DNA of 64,000 nucleotides from Dictyostelium discoideum (Eukaryota): NCBI GenBank assembly GCA_000004695.1, contig CM000154.2, positions 2,848,001 to 2,912,000 of the forward strand, read 5' to 3'. Shown piece by piece: positions 63,558 to 64,000 of this stretch (position 1 is its first letter; each line of letters starts with the position of its first letter). The notes under the pieces were generated by a model. It saw only the letters and a program-made list of their open reading frames with translations, ran no database searches and was not told where the DNA came from. The position numbers and the translations under genes were made by a program.

Positions 63558-63874
63558 TTTCCAACAAATTAATAATATTTAAAATCTCACGACAATTGTA
63601 TAGTAAATTAAAATTAAAATAATATTTATAATAAAGTAAACTTAAACATTTATTTTTAAAAAAAAAAAAAAAATTATTTTGTTTTATTTTTTTTTTTTCC
63701 ATTAATAATTTTTTTCATTTTTTTTTAATTTTATTTTTATTTTTATTTTTAATTTAATTTTTATTTTTAACATTGCCCCGAATTAAAAAAAAAAAAAAAA
63801 AACAAAAATAATTTTCAAAACAATTCCCAAAAATACACATATTATTGAGTTTTTTCCAAAATTAGAACTTTGAT

Positions 63875-63905
<31 letters not shown>

Positions 63906-64000
63906 GGCAATTGTGAATCTACTAATTAAAAAACAATTTTATATAAACTTTGTTTTTTTTTTTTTTAATTTTTTTTTTTATTAAATTTTTTCAAAAAAAA

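Overview
The window looks like nuclear DNA from Dictyostelium discoideum or a close relative. It is extremely AT-rich, has long poly(dA)/poly(dT) tracts and short AT-rich introns (GTAAGT/GTATGT donors, TAG/CAG acceptors), and its proteins are full of poly-Asn/Gln/Thr tracts. I can support about 30 protein-coding loci from reading frame, splice motifs and family signatures. They are, in order:
- a cortexillin-like calponin-homology (CH) protein, partial at the left edge
- a VPS9+CUE Rab-GEF-like protein
- a small secreted 10-Cys peptide with prokineticin/colipase-like cysteine spacing
- glutaminyl-tRNA synthetase (3 exons)
- LSm7 (2 exons)
- PRP17/CDC40 WD40 splicing factor
- a tandem pair of very large genes encoding a Cid1/Gld2-type nucleotidyltransferase (NTase) fused to a Upf1-like superfamily-1 (SF1) RNA helicase (about 1670 aa), one copy carrying an in-frame TGA
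- a cluster of nine actin-family genes and pseudogenes with conserved upstream elements and CArG boxes
- a vacuolin/flotillin-like SPFH protein (3 exons)
- RPA70
- VASP (EVH1/EVH2), which carries an apparent frameshift
- PIG-S GPI-transamidase subunit (4 exons)
- COG5 (3 exons)
- a 712-aa secreted Cys-rich repeat protein (3 exons)
- a 4-exon multi-pass membrane protein
- a 5-exon type-I membrane protein
- a small protein at the right edge
I found no tRNA or rRNA genes, no CRISPR arrays and no transposons.
The most unusual locus is the duplicated NTase-helicase fusion. It fuses the two accessory activities of RNAi RdRP complexes (a Cid12-type NTase and an Hrr1/SDE3/MOV10-type helicase) into one polypeptide. 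In the second copy an in-frame stop separates those two modules.
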